Source: a virus. From it: 64,000 nucleotides of DNA. Positions 19,693-28,732 of this stretch are shown piece after piece. The stretch is taken from positions 63,726 to 127,725 of IMG/VR virus record IMGVR_UViG_3300032307_000370; one strand, written 5' to 3'. Made by a program: the position numbers and the translations under genes. The notes under the pieces were generated by a model that saw only the letters and a list, made by a program, of their open reading frames with translations, was not told the origin of the DNA and made no database searches. Every line of letters begins with the position of its first letter. The stretch's first letter is position 1.

Positions 19693-22343
19693 GTTGTGGA
19701 CAAATACTATATAATCTTTATATAACTGGCGATTGTACTAATACAAACGTTGGTGAAATTTATATTGAAATAACCGGAGGAACCTCTCCTTATACTGTTT
19801 ATGAAGTTACGTCAACAGGATTATTACCAACATCTGCGGCAACCACAACTTATTATTTTAGTGGGATGTCTGCCGATACATATACTTTGGCAATACAGGA
19901 TTCTTGTATAAGTCCGGGACCTGATACAATATATTTAAATATACCAATATCGTCGGGCACAACAATAAGTGTAGAATCTGAAATAGATACTATATGTGGT
20001 ATTGATAATGGTGAGATTACATTTGGGTTTTCACCTTTTTACGGTTATGCTGAGGGATACTTATATGAAACAACAGATGGTTATATAACCAGCGGATCAA
20101 CAGGAACAAGTGGGTTAACATTCTCAAATTTATCTGGGGGTACCTACTATATTATTGGTGATGATGGGGCCGGGTGTACGGGATCAAGTGCTAGTGTTAT
20201 TATTTTAACATCAACAACCTTAGATTATGGGTTTTATGTGGTTGATGATGCTAGTTGTAATGCCGCTGGTGGTTCGGGTAAAATATTTGTTACCGGACAA
20301 ACAGGTGTTGGACCATATACGTATATTTGGAGTGATGGTCAGACAGGATCAACAGCGACAGGACTAACTATTGGTTATTATAATGTAACTGTGACTGATT
20401 CAACGGGTTGTTCTGCAACTAGTGGAACATCCGTTAATAATGTACCACCAATTGGTATATCTTCATTTACCACAACAGGTAGTACTTGTTTTAATAGTGA
20501 TGGTTCGGTTGAAGTTACGGTGACTGGAGGTACGGCTCCATTCTTTTTCTCAGGGTCTAATGGTGATACAATTATAACTTTTTCAAATTCATATATTTTT
20601 GAAAATTTATCTTCCGGAACATTAACGGTTACAGTTAAAGATGCTGGTTTGTGTAGTGATACTCAATCGGTATCGTTAATAACTCCAAATGGGTTTGCGG
20701 TATCGTCTATATCATCTACAAACTCAAATTGTGGTAGTAATGGATCAATAAATATATTAGTTAATACAGGATCACCAACGGGTACATTTACATACACAAT
20801 ATTAGATTCTTCAGGTAATACTGTTAATACGGTTACATTAGGAACTAATGCGACATTTAATAATTTACCATCTGACACGTATACGATATTAATTGATAAT
20901 AATTCCGGTTGTATTTATACAGGATCTACTACTATTGTTAATGTTAATTTATTTACAATAACTGCGGTTACAACTAATACTACTTGTGGTTTAAATAATG
21001 GAACGTTACAAATATTAACAAGTACTGGTGGAACATTACCATATAGTTATCAAATAACGGGATATGCGGTTTCTCCAATTAACAGTTATAATAATTTACC
21101 TTCAGGGTTTTATACTGTTACAGTTACTGATGCTAATGGATGTTCTCAAACAACAACATCATATGTTGGACCATCAAGCTCTGTTTCTTGTAATTTATTT
21201 ACTATACAACCTGTTAATGGAAATGATGGTGAAATTACTGCTTTGGTTAGTAGCGGAACACCACCTTTTACATATAATTGGAGTTCAAATGTCAATTCTC
21301 AAACAGGATCTACGGTTACTAATTTAAGTGCGGGAACTTATACATTACAAGTGGTTGATAGTGTTGGATGTGTGGTTAATAAAACAACAACATTAAATGG
21401 AACAATACTTTTAGGAAATTATCAAGTTTATAATATTAGTGATACTAATTTTGTTAATAGTGGAATTGAAGGTAGAAGAGGGATAGGTCAAATGTATAAT
21501 GAAGGGTTTTTTGATTTAACTGAAAATGATACTAATTGTATTCTTAATAGTGGGGAATTTATTATTGAAACCATAGTTAATGGTGAGGTAAAACAAAACT
21601 TATTTTACACATCAACGAGTATATATGATTTCCCAACAGACACTGAATGGACGGATGAAGTTAAAAGTATGTTATTATCGTATCCTGACATTGGAGAAGT
21701 TGATATAGATATTACTAAAAATAAAATGACGGTCGTTAATGATTGTAAGGATATTAATAAAAATTGTAATCAAACTAAATTCAATACATTAGCGGATGCT
21801 AAAGTTGTTGTTAATTTAATTATTAATTATGATATTTCTTGTGTTCAGTGTGATTACCCACCACCAAGTCCTACTATGACATCAACACCAACAAACACTC
21901 CGACAAAAACTCCAACACCAACACCAACAAATACGTTGACACCAACAAACACACCAACAAATACTCAGACAAACACATTAACACCTAGTGTGACAAAAAC
22001 AAATACACCTACACCCACATTAACAAACACTCAAACCCCAACGGTTACTCCAACGGTCACTCCAACATTAACAATGACACCAACGGTTACTCCAACATTA
22101 ACATTAACTCCAACTCCAAGTGGTAATTTTTCGGTTTTTGCGGTAATCTATTGTTGTGATTTAGTAACTAAAGAATGGGTGTTATTACCAACATCAACAT
22201 CTATTGGAACTGTAATAGTTGGTAACGACTTCCAATGTTATACGGTGGAATCAGTGGATCCACAACCAATAACTTTAACTTGGAGTGGATTATCATACGT
22301 TGATTGTGATCTTTGTATTGCCTCTTATCCTTGTAGCGCATAA
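19689..22343 (+). CDS. SprB-repeat tail/adhesin protein with Pro/Thr stalk and Cys-rich tip (GTG start)
   Basis: Repeats such as DGSVEVTVTGGTAPF, GEITALVSSGTPPFTYNWS and YTVTVTDANGCS; about 88-aa TPT tract. Confidence 0.7.
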   Translation: MSCGQILYNLYITGDCTNTNVGEIYIEITGGTSPYTVYEVTSTGLLPTSAATTTYYFSGMSADTYTLAIQDSCISPGPDTIYLNIPISSGTTISVESEIDTICGIDNGEITFGFSPFYGYAEGYLYETTDGYITSGSTGTSGLTFSNLSGGTYYIIGDDGAGCTGSSASVIILTSTTLDYGFYVVDDASCNAAGGSGKIFVTGQTGVGPYTYIWSDGQTGSTATGLTIGYYNVTVTDSTGCSATSGTSVNNVPPIGISSFTTTGSTCFNSDGSVEVTVTGGTAPFFFSGSNGDTIITFSNSYIFENLSSGTLTVTVKDAGLCSDTQSVSLITPNGFAVSSISSTNSNCGSNGSINILVNTGSPTGTFTYTILDSSGNTVNTVTLGTNATFNNLPSDTYTILIDNNSGCIYTGSTTIVNVNLFTITAVTTNTTCGLNNGTLQILTSTGGTLPYSYQITGYAVSPINSYNNLPSGFYTVTVTDANGCSQTTTSYVGPSSSVSCNLFTIQPVNGNDGEITALVSSGTPPFTYNWSSNVNSQTGSTVTNLSAGTYTLQVVDSVGCVVNKTTTLNGTILLGNYQVYNISDTNFVNSGIEGRRGIGQMYNEGFFDLTENDTNCILNSGEFIIETIVNGEVKQNLFYTSTSIYDFPTDTEWTDEVKSMLLSYPDIGEVDIDITKNKMTVVNDCKDINKNCNQTKFNTLADAKVVVNLIINYDISCVQCDYPPPSPTMTSTPTNTPTKTPTPTPTNTLTPTNTPTNTQTNTLTPSVTKTNTPTPTLTNTQTPTVTPTVTPTLTMTPTVTPTLTLTPTPSGNFSVFAVIYCCDLVTKEWVLLPTSTSIGTVIVGNDFQCYTVESVDPQPITLTWSGLSYVDCDLCIASYPCSA
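21858..22121 (+). repeat. Pro/Thr (TPTxTPT) low-complexity repeat tract
   Basis: PPPSPTMTSTPTNTPTKTPTPTP...TPTPS, with synonymously diverged codons. Confidence 0.9.
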
Positions 22344-22380
22344 AATACACTTTTAAAAAATAATTAGTATCTTTTAATTT

Positions 22381-23361
22381 ATGGAAGATATAATTTTTGT
22401 TACGGCACAACCTGATGTCCCTTATTTTCATTGGCAGGTTAAACTATATACCCATAATTTTATTGAAAAAGGTATCGACCCATGTCAAATCCACGTCGTT
22501 TTTGGTTTAACTAATGGACAAAAAGAACCATCTAAAGGTGCTTTAGAATTATGTGATTATGGTTTTAATGTACATTTTTATTATGATGATAGAATTGGTA
22601 AAAATTATATACCGAGTATAAAACCGTATTTAATATCAAGATGGTTGTACGAACATCCCGAATATGGTAAAACTTTCTTTTTACATGATGCGGATATTAT
22701 CTTTAGAGAATTACCTGATTTTGATAAATTAATGAAAGACGATACTTGTTATTTGTCGGATACGATTGGTTACATTGGGTACAATTATATTATGGATTGC
22801 TGTAAAAGGTATGAGAATGTTCACCCAAAATCAGAAAAAGGTCAATTATTAAAAGAAATGGCGAATATTGTTGGGTTGGATGTGGAAACAATAAAATTAA
22901 ATCAAGAAAATTCAGGTGGTGGTCAGTATTTGTTGAAAAATATGACATACGAACTTTGGGAAAAAATTTATATGGATTGCGTCCCACTTTATAAACAAAT
23001 GCATGATTACCATAAAAGACATCCAATTAGTCCTGGTGAGATACAATTTTGGACTGCCGAAATGTGGTCATTATTATGGAATTTGTGGTTATTTAATTAT
23101 AATACGAAAGTTGTTGATGACCTTAATTTTTCTTGGGCAACTGATGATATTACAGTTTACGAACAAAGACCTATTTTACATATGGCTGGAGTTACAGATA
23201 ATTTAAGAGGTACCAAGTTTTATAAGGGGGAATACATTAATATTGACCCCATTCAAAAATTAAAAGAGAACCCATCACATTTTGATTATATTGAAAAAAA
23301 TAGTACAACAATAAAATATATTGAAGTAATGAAATCATTCATTCAAAAAACAATAAATTGA
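22381..23361 (+). CDS. GT-A glycosyltransferase resembling plant Hyp-arabinosyl / Ser-galactosyltransferases (GT95/GT96-like)
   Basis: Ordered motifs YFHWQ, YIPSIKPYLISRWL, HDADIIFR (DxD), WTAEMWS and PILHM parallel the recalled SERGT1 motifs YFDWQ, YPAINKPVGVLYWL, LDADMIIR, WISEMYG and PVLMHY. Confidence 0.7.
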   Translation: MEDIIFVTAQPDVPYFHWQVKLYTHNFIEKGIDPCQIHVVFGLTNGQKEPSKGALELCDYGFNVHFYYDDRIGKNYIPSIKPYLISRWLYEHPEYGKTFFLHDADIIFRELPDFDKLMKDDTCYLSDTIGYIGYNYIMDCCKRYENVHPKSEKGQLLKEMANIVGLDVETIKLNQENSGGGQYLLKNMTYELWEKIYMDCVPLYKQMHDYHKRHPISPGEIQFWTAEMWSLLWNLWLFNYNTKVVDDLNFSWATDDITVYEQRPILHMAGVTDNLRGTKFYKGEYINIDPIQKLKENPSHFDYIEKNSTTIKYIEVMKSFIQKTIN

Positions 23362-23389
23362 TTATTTATATATTAAACAAATAACTTAA

Positions 23390-25459
23390 ATGGCGATAAT
23401 ATATCAGGTACAGAATACAAGTCCAAATATATACAATAATTTTACATTTATTGATGGTAATGCGATTAATAAAACATTGGATTTATTACCAAATGTGGTT
23501 TATTATATTAATGGTAATAGTGTTGTATCACCTGCGCCTTTTATTACTATACTAAGTTTAGGTAAAGAAAACATAAGATATTGCTTTCAAAGTTGTTGTA
23601 ATGGGGACATTATTGATTTTGATGGTAGTAATCAATATCCATTTATTACTTATCAAATTGGTGACACTTTATATTTTGACCAAGCAATTTCATCTTCAAA
23701 TCCCAATAATTATAAATCAGGTTGTTACGAATTAATAAGTAGTGGTGACACAAATACTTATTCATGTTCGGTTGCGGGATCTGAAAATGTTAGTGTTATT
23801 GTTTTTGATAGTACATCGTATGATGATTGTAGTACTTGTATTGTTGACCACAGTTGTTGTGCAAATTATTTAGTAACAAATCAGTCATCAACAAATGTAA
23901 AAACATCTGTTGAATTTACACCTTGTTGTGGTGAGAATAAAACATCGCCATATGTCATACCTTATCAGAGTGCAATCTCAATATGCAGTTCAACGGGAGT
24001 TAAAGTTTTAGGGGGGGATGTTCAAGTTATTAATAATGGTGATTGTCCTGATTGTCCTGTTACTCCAACGACTACTATATCACCACTTGTTACTACAACT
24101 ACAACATTAATACCACCACCCGTACCGCCAATTGAACCTCTTAATGAGTGTTCTGTGATAACTATATTCCCACTTGGGGTTGAATGTTTTACTGTTGACC
24201 CAACAACGGAAGATTCATTTGACGGGGCAATTACATTAGGTATAACAGGAGGAACACCACCATATGAGGTTGTTTGGGAAAACGGATCGTTAGCTCAATC
24301 ATTAAGTAATATTGGGGTTGGTTCATACAATTCAATAGTAACGGATTATTATGGTGATTTCACTGCTTATACTACTTGTGTTTTAAGTGCTGAAACACCA
24401 ATCATAACAACTACAACAACAAATATCTCACCATTACCTTCTTATCAAGATATATGTATTACAATAATAAGAGGTAATAAACAGAGTTCTTATGTTGAAT
24501 ATTATCAGTTTGATTTTAATGATTACATTGGTAACTACCCAACTTGGACAAATACGACAGATGGGTTAGGCATTGTGTGGAATGAAACGAATAATCAATG
24601 GGAAGTTTCTGGTTGGACAACAGGTCAATTAATTAATACTAATCCTGCGACACCACCATTAAGTGGGTGGGATTCTTTAGGATCTACGTTACCTGATAGA
24701 ATATTATCAATAACCGCTGTTTTAGGGTTGTGTCAATTATTGAGTACCCCTAATTTAACTATACGTGTAAATGATCCTGAATGTGGTTGTGATGGTAGTT
24801 TAATTTTAACACCATTCGGAGGAACACCACCATACCAATATTCAATAGATGGGGGAAATACATATGCTTCAACAACAATTTATAATGATTTATGTCAAGG
24901 GTCATATGTTGTGTATGTTAGAGATGCTTCAGGATTCACATATACTCAAACCGCAACTTTATCGGCACCTACGGCTTCGGTTAATTATATATTAACTATG
25001 TCTTATTTAGGTGGAAACACATTTGGAGTTAGTATTTCACCATCATTACCAATTGGTACTACGGTAACTTTTGATGTTATACATGAAAATACGTTTAATG
25101 TCGGACCTCAACCTTCAAGTGCAACATATAATAATGTGGTAACACTAAATGTTAATGGGTCACCTGTCCCTTATACTCCACCACCTGTAATAAATCAACT
25201 TTCACCTGTACCACAACCATTCCCTTGTCAAGGATCATTCCAATATAACACAACAAAACAATTTACTTGGGTTGGTTTATCAATGACATTTGGAACTATT
25301 ATAAATGGTTCATTTACAAATACAATATCACCTGTTTTACCTACACCACATTGTTTTGTGGCAACATCATCATATTACATTTATATTAATAATGTGAGGA
25401 TAAATAATGATTGTGATACAATAAGAGTTGTTAATCCTAAACCACCAAAAACTCAATAA
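23390..25459 (+). CDS. Cys-rich SprB-repeat tail/adhesin protein with Thr/Pro linkers
   Basis: DGAITLGITGGTPPYEVVW and DGSLILTPFGGTPPYQYSIDGG; TTTTT and PPP tracts; TATTTAT at 23363-23369. Confidence 0.65.
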   Translation: MAIIYQVQNTSPNIYNNFTFIDGNAINKTLDLLPNVVYYINGNSVVSPAPFITILSLGKENIRYCFQSCCNGDIIDFDGSNQYPFITYQIGDTLYFDQAISSSNPNNYKSGCYELISSGDTNTYSCSVAGSENVSVIVFDSTSYDDCSTCIVDHSCCANYLVTNQSSTNVKTSVEFTPCCGENKTSPYVIPYQSAISICSSTGVKVLGGDVQVINNGDCPDCPVTPTTTISPLVTTTTTLIPPPVPPIEPLNECSVITIFPLGVECFTVDPTTEDSFDGAITLGITGGTPPYEVVWENGSLAQSLSNIGVGSYNSIVTDYYGDFTAYTTCVLSAETPIITTTTTNISPLPSYQDICITIIRGNKQSSYVEYYQFDFNDYIGNYPTWTNTTDGLGIVWNETNNQWEVSGWTTGQLINTNPATPPLSGWDSLGSTLPDRILSITAVLGLCQLLSTPNLTIRVNDPECGCDGSLILTPFGGTPPYQYSIDGGNTYASTTIYNDLCQGSYVVYVRDASGFTYTQTATLSAPTASVNYILTMSYLGGNTFGVSISPSLPIGTTVTFDVIHENTFNVGPQPSSATYNNVVTLNVNGSPVPYTPPPVINQLSPVPQPFPCQGSFQYNTTKQFTWVGLSMTFGTIINGSFTNTISPVLPTPHCFVATSSYYIYINNVRINNDCDTIRVVNPKPPKTQ

Positions 25460-25478
25460 TTAACTATTTATATACAAA

Positions 25479-28013
25479 ATGGCTTATATAATAAAAAATA
25501 CATCAGGACTTGTTAACACTAGAGTGACAGATACAGGTAGATTAAAAATGTCCCAAGGGAATTTTAATATATCATATTTCCAAATTGGGGATAGTGAGGT
25601 ATCGTACGATAAAGTTTCTAGTAGTTATAATCAGGCAAATAGTTTTGTTTTGATACCACCATTTGGTAGTCAAAATAGTGATGGTGTACCAAAATCAAAT
25701 AAGCAAAACGTTAAATATCCTTATTATGTTGATGGAAATGTGGGAAATACCTATGGGATTCCTTATATGGACTCAACAGTTGAAAATGTGTTTAATAGGG
25801 CTCCTCTTAGAGGTTTTTTCTCAGGTAATACAACTGCAAGTACAATATCTTGGAGCGCATTAACCAGTAATAGTTATGTAAAAACATCTAATTATTTAGT
25901 GGATCCATTGTCATTAAATGGCACAAATGAAATAACATTAATATATTCAGGTTGTAATACTTCAACAATAGGGACATTTGAAGTTGGGGATTTTATTACA
26001 ATATATTTTGATGGTTTAGGTTGTCATAATTGTAGTTGCACTAACTTACCGACACCAACACCAACGGCATCTCAAGGGTCTACACCAACTCCTACACCAA
26101 CACCATCGGCGACTAGCGGAACTATTAATTGTGCTAGTCCTACGCCAACACCGACACCATCTAAAACGCAGTGTCTAACACCAACACCAAGTAGACAATG
26201 TCCGGCGCCACCGGATCCTGTTTGTTTAATGTCTATGTATAGTTGTTATCCTATTTTAACTTATAGAATAGTTGCGGTTTGTGATAACAAAATAACATTA
26301 GATAGAACAACTCCTAATTTTGGGTTAATAAGTAACGAATGTTGTTTCAGGGCTTTAATTTACCCTAAAACAATGACTGATTTATATGATAGTATAACAC
26401 CTAGTCCTCATTGGGATAATGATGTTATTAATTATGAGACAATATGTGATGTTGATCAATTTGATGTTAAAATTTGGAACATGAATATTCCGTGGACTGA
26501 AAGCCCTGCGGGATTACTATCAACTCAATTTGAAGATTATACTTATTTTGGTTCCGTAAATTATATTGGAAGTAAGGAGTATTTTGGTTATAATTCAAAT
26601 TCAGGGCAAACATTCTATGTAAATTCAACACTAAGTGCTGAAACTACTGACACATATTATTATAATTCTTTTGATGAGGTAGTTAAAGTTGAACCTGAAG
26701 AACAAAAAGCAATTGCGATTATACATTATACTAACCAAACAATTGATTTCTTCTATGGTGAGAAATTTGCGTTAGAACCGTATGACCCATCCAACCCTGC
26801 TGATACAACAGGTCAAGCAAGAAACTTTAAATTACATATTCCTTGGATTATGTGGCATAAAAATCCTGAATGTTGTTTTGGTGATACGTTTTGGGTAGAT
26901 CCTCCGGGATTTGATGGTAAAGGATTATTTGAAGTCCATTATATGGAATCAAATGTCAATAATGATATGAATAATCCGGGGTTAAGATATTTTCATTTAT
27001 GGGATACTCACCCTAATGATAATGGATTACCAAGTAGAATAGGAAAAGTTTTCCCTGATAGTCAAACTATTATTATTGACGATGAAGAGATTGTTGCCGC
27101 ATTATCTTATAAATCAAATAGAAATTGGACATTACCGGCACCACAAGTATCGTTAATTACTCCAAACATATGTGATACAACCTCATCTACAATAAATGGT
27201 ATATTAACGGGTAGCAATGAAACTATGTTCATCACATATCGTTTAACAAATGATTATGGATTTACAAATTCATTACATTGTAATTATTACTTACAAATTA
27301 CAGGTAACAATAATGATTGTAATCCTGATACATCTAAGAATGTTGCAATAAGATTTGCTGGTGAATTTGGTTGTTTAGTTGTACCTGGTTATAATCCAAC
27401 AACCACAACTACAACATATAGTCCTGTTACAACAACAACAACATATAATAGTCCTGTTACCACAACAACAACATTATGTCCTACCTGTGATATACCAAAT
27501 GGGTTTTATGCTACAAAATTTGAAGTATTGGCTCAAAAAGTACCAACAGGAACGAGACCTAACCCATCTAATTGGAGATTGATTGATTTTACTAATAGTA
27601 TAAGTGGTGACACAATCAATGGTTATATAACTGAAGATGCATTAACGGGAACTACATTTATAGTGACAGAATCATTATATAATTCGGCACCTTATTACAA
27701 TTTAAATAATTATATTGATTTAACACCACTTGGTAATACAAGTCCAAAATTAAACTTTGGGGATGAATATTATTTTTACGGTGGGATTGAAACTGACATT
27801 CAGGCAACTATATATGAGTTAATGTATAAAGTTAATTTAAATTATACTGAATTCCAAAATACATCTAACCCAACTTGGACACCGGGAACAAAATCATATA
27901 TTACTGAAATAGCGTTGTTGGATGATAAAAAAGACGTGTTAGTAGTTTCAAAATTACAATCACCTGTCTTAAGACAAGGTATCCAACAATTTTTAGTTAA
28001 GTTTGATTTCTAA
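25479..28013 (+). CDS. Tail fibre-base / collar-like structural protein with PT and poly-T inserts
   Basis: N-terminal VTDTGR..ISYFQIGD and C-terminal ITEIALLDDKKDVLVVSKL; TATTTAT at 25465-25471. Confidence 0.55.
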   Translation: MAYIIKNTSGLVNTRVTDTGRLKMSQGNFNISYFQIGDSEVSYDKVSSSYNQANSFVLIPPFGSQNSDGVPKSNKQNVKYPYYVDGNVGNTYGIPYMDSTVENVFNRAPLRGFFSGNTTASTISWSALTSNSYVKTSNYLVDPLSLNGTNEITLIYSGCNTSTIGTFEVGDFITIYFDGLGCHNCSCTNLPTPTPTASQGSTPTPTPTPSATSGTINCASPTPTPTPSKTQCLTPTPSRQCPAPPDPVCLMSMYSCYPILTYRIVAVCDNKITLDRTTPNFGLISNECCFRALIYPKTMTDLYDSITPSPHWDNDVINYETICDVDQFDVKIWNMNIPWTESPAGLLSTQFEDYTYFGSVNYIGSKEYFGYNSNSGQTFYVNSTLSAETTDTYYYNSFDEVVKVEPEEQKAIAIIHYTNQTIDFFYGEKFALEPYDPSNPADTTGQARNFKLHIPWIMWHKNPECCFGDTFWVDPPGFDGKGLFEVHYMESNVNNDMNNPGLRYFHLWDTHPNDNGLPSRIGKVFPDSQTIIIDDEEIVAALSYKSNRNWTLPAPQVSLITPNICDTTSSTINGILTGSNETMFITYRLTNDYGFTNSLHCNYYLQITGNNNDCNPDTSKNVAIRFAGEFGCLVVPGYNPTTTTTTYSPVTTTTTYNSPVTTTTTLCPTCDIPNGFYATKFEVLAQKVPTGTRPNPSNWRLIDFTNSISGDTINGYITEDALTGTTFIVTESLYNSAPYYNLNNYIDLTPLGNTSPKLNFGDEYYFYGGIETDIQATIYELMYKVNLNYTEFQNTSNPTWTPGTKSYITEIALLDDKKDVLVVSKLQSPVLRQGIQQFLVKFDF
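26049..26219 (+). repeat. PTPTP repeat tract
   Basis: PTPTPTASQGSTPTPTPTPS...PTPTPTPS...PAPPDP. Confidence 0.85.
27396..27482 (+). repeat. Poly-Thr tandem repeat (three units)
   Basis: PTTTTTTYSPVTTTTTYNSPVTTTTTLCP; near-identical DNA units agtcctgttac(a/c)acaacaacaaca. Confidence 0.85.
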
Positions 28014-28067
28014 TAAAAACTTTAGTTTTATATTCATCTAATTATATTATTATAAAATAATTATTAT

Positions 28068-28676
28068 ATGAGAACACCAATTAAAAACTCACCTAAAGTT
28101 TTAGGGTTAGATATTTCCACTAAAACCATAGGATGGGCGTTATTTGATATCAAGACACAAGAATTATTAGAATTAACTCACGTATCCCCAAGACCTAAAT
28201 CCAAAGATACTGAGGAAAATAAAATGTTAGAACTAATCCTTAAATCTGAAATTTTTAAAACAAAATTGGAGGAGTATAAGAAATTAGGGATTGTGAGCGT
28301 GATCATTGAGGAACCATTACTTAATTCTAACAATATTTACACTATTCAAACATTATTAAGATTTAATACATTAATATGTAAAACCATATATGATATTATT
28401 GGTATAGTTCCTGAATTTATATCCACTTATAATTCAAGGAAGTTTGCTTTCCCTGAGTTAGTTAAAGAAAACGATAAGAAGAAACACGTATTGTTTGGAG
28501 GTTTACCAAAAGACGTTGATAAAAAAATGATTATATGGGAACTTGTTGCAAAAAGAGAACCGCAAATCCAATGGCAATATACTAAAAATCAAACTCTTAA
28601 GAAAGAAAACTTTGATCAAACCGATGCTTACACCTGTGTGTTAGGGTATATGAGATCAAAAGGTATTTGGCAATAA
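28068..28676 (+). CDS. RuvC-like Holliday junction resolvase
   Basis: VLGLDISTKTIGWALFD, VIIEEP and DQTDAY give the RNase H-fold catalytic D/E/D; 202 aa. Confidence 0.8.
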   Translation: MRTPIKNSPKVLGLDISTKTIGWALFDIKTQELLELTHVSPRPKSKDTEENKMLELILKSEIFKTKLEEYKKLGIVSVIIEEPLLNSNNIYTIQTLLRFNTLICKTIYDIIGIVPEFISTYNSRKFAFPELVKENDKKKHVLFGGLPKDVDKKMIIWELVAKREPQIQWQYTKNQTLKKENFDQTDAYTCVLGYMRSKGIWQ

Positions 28677-28732
28677 TATCGGGTAAAATACCGATAATTT
28701 GGAATATCGTCTTTATAGACGATATTTTTTTT
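28677..28732. terminator. Double hairpin / bidirectional terminator between convergent genes
   Basis: TATCGG-GTAAAATA-CCGATA, then AATATCGTC-TTTATA-GACGATATT followed by a T-run. Confidence 0.75.

Noticed and set aside
28068-28676. RuvC-fold protein as Cas12/TnpB
   Set aside because: Only 202 aa, no zinc finger or REC region, and no array or transposon ends; it fits a resolvase.
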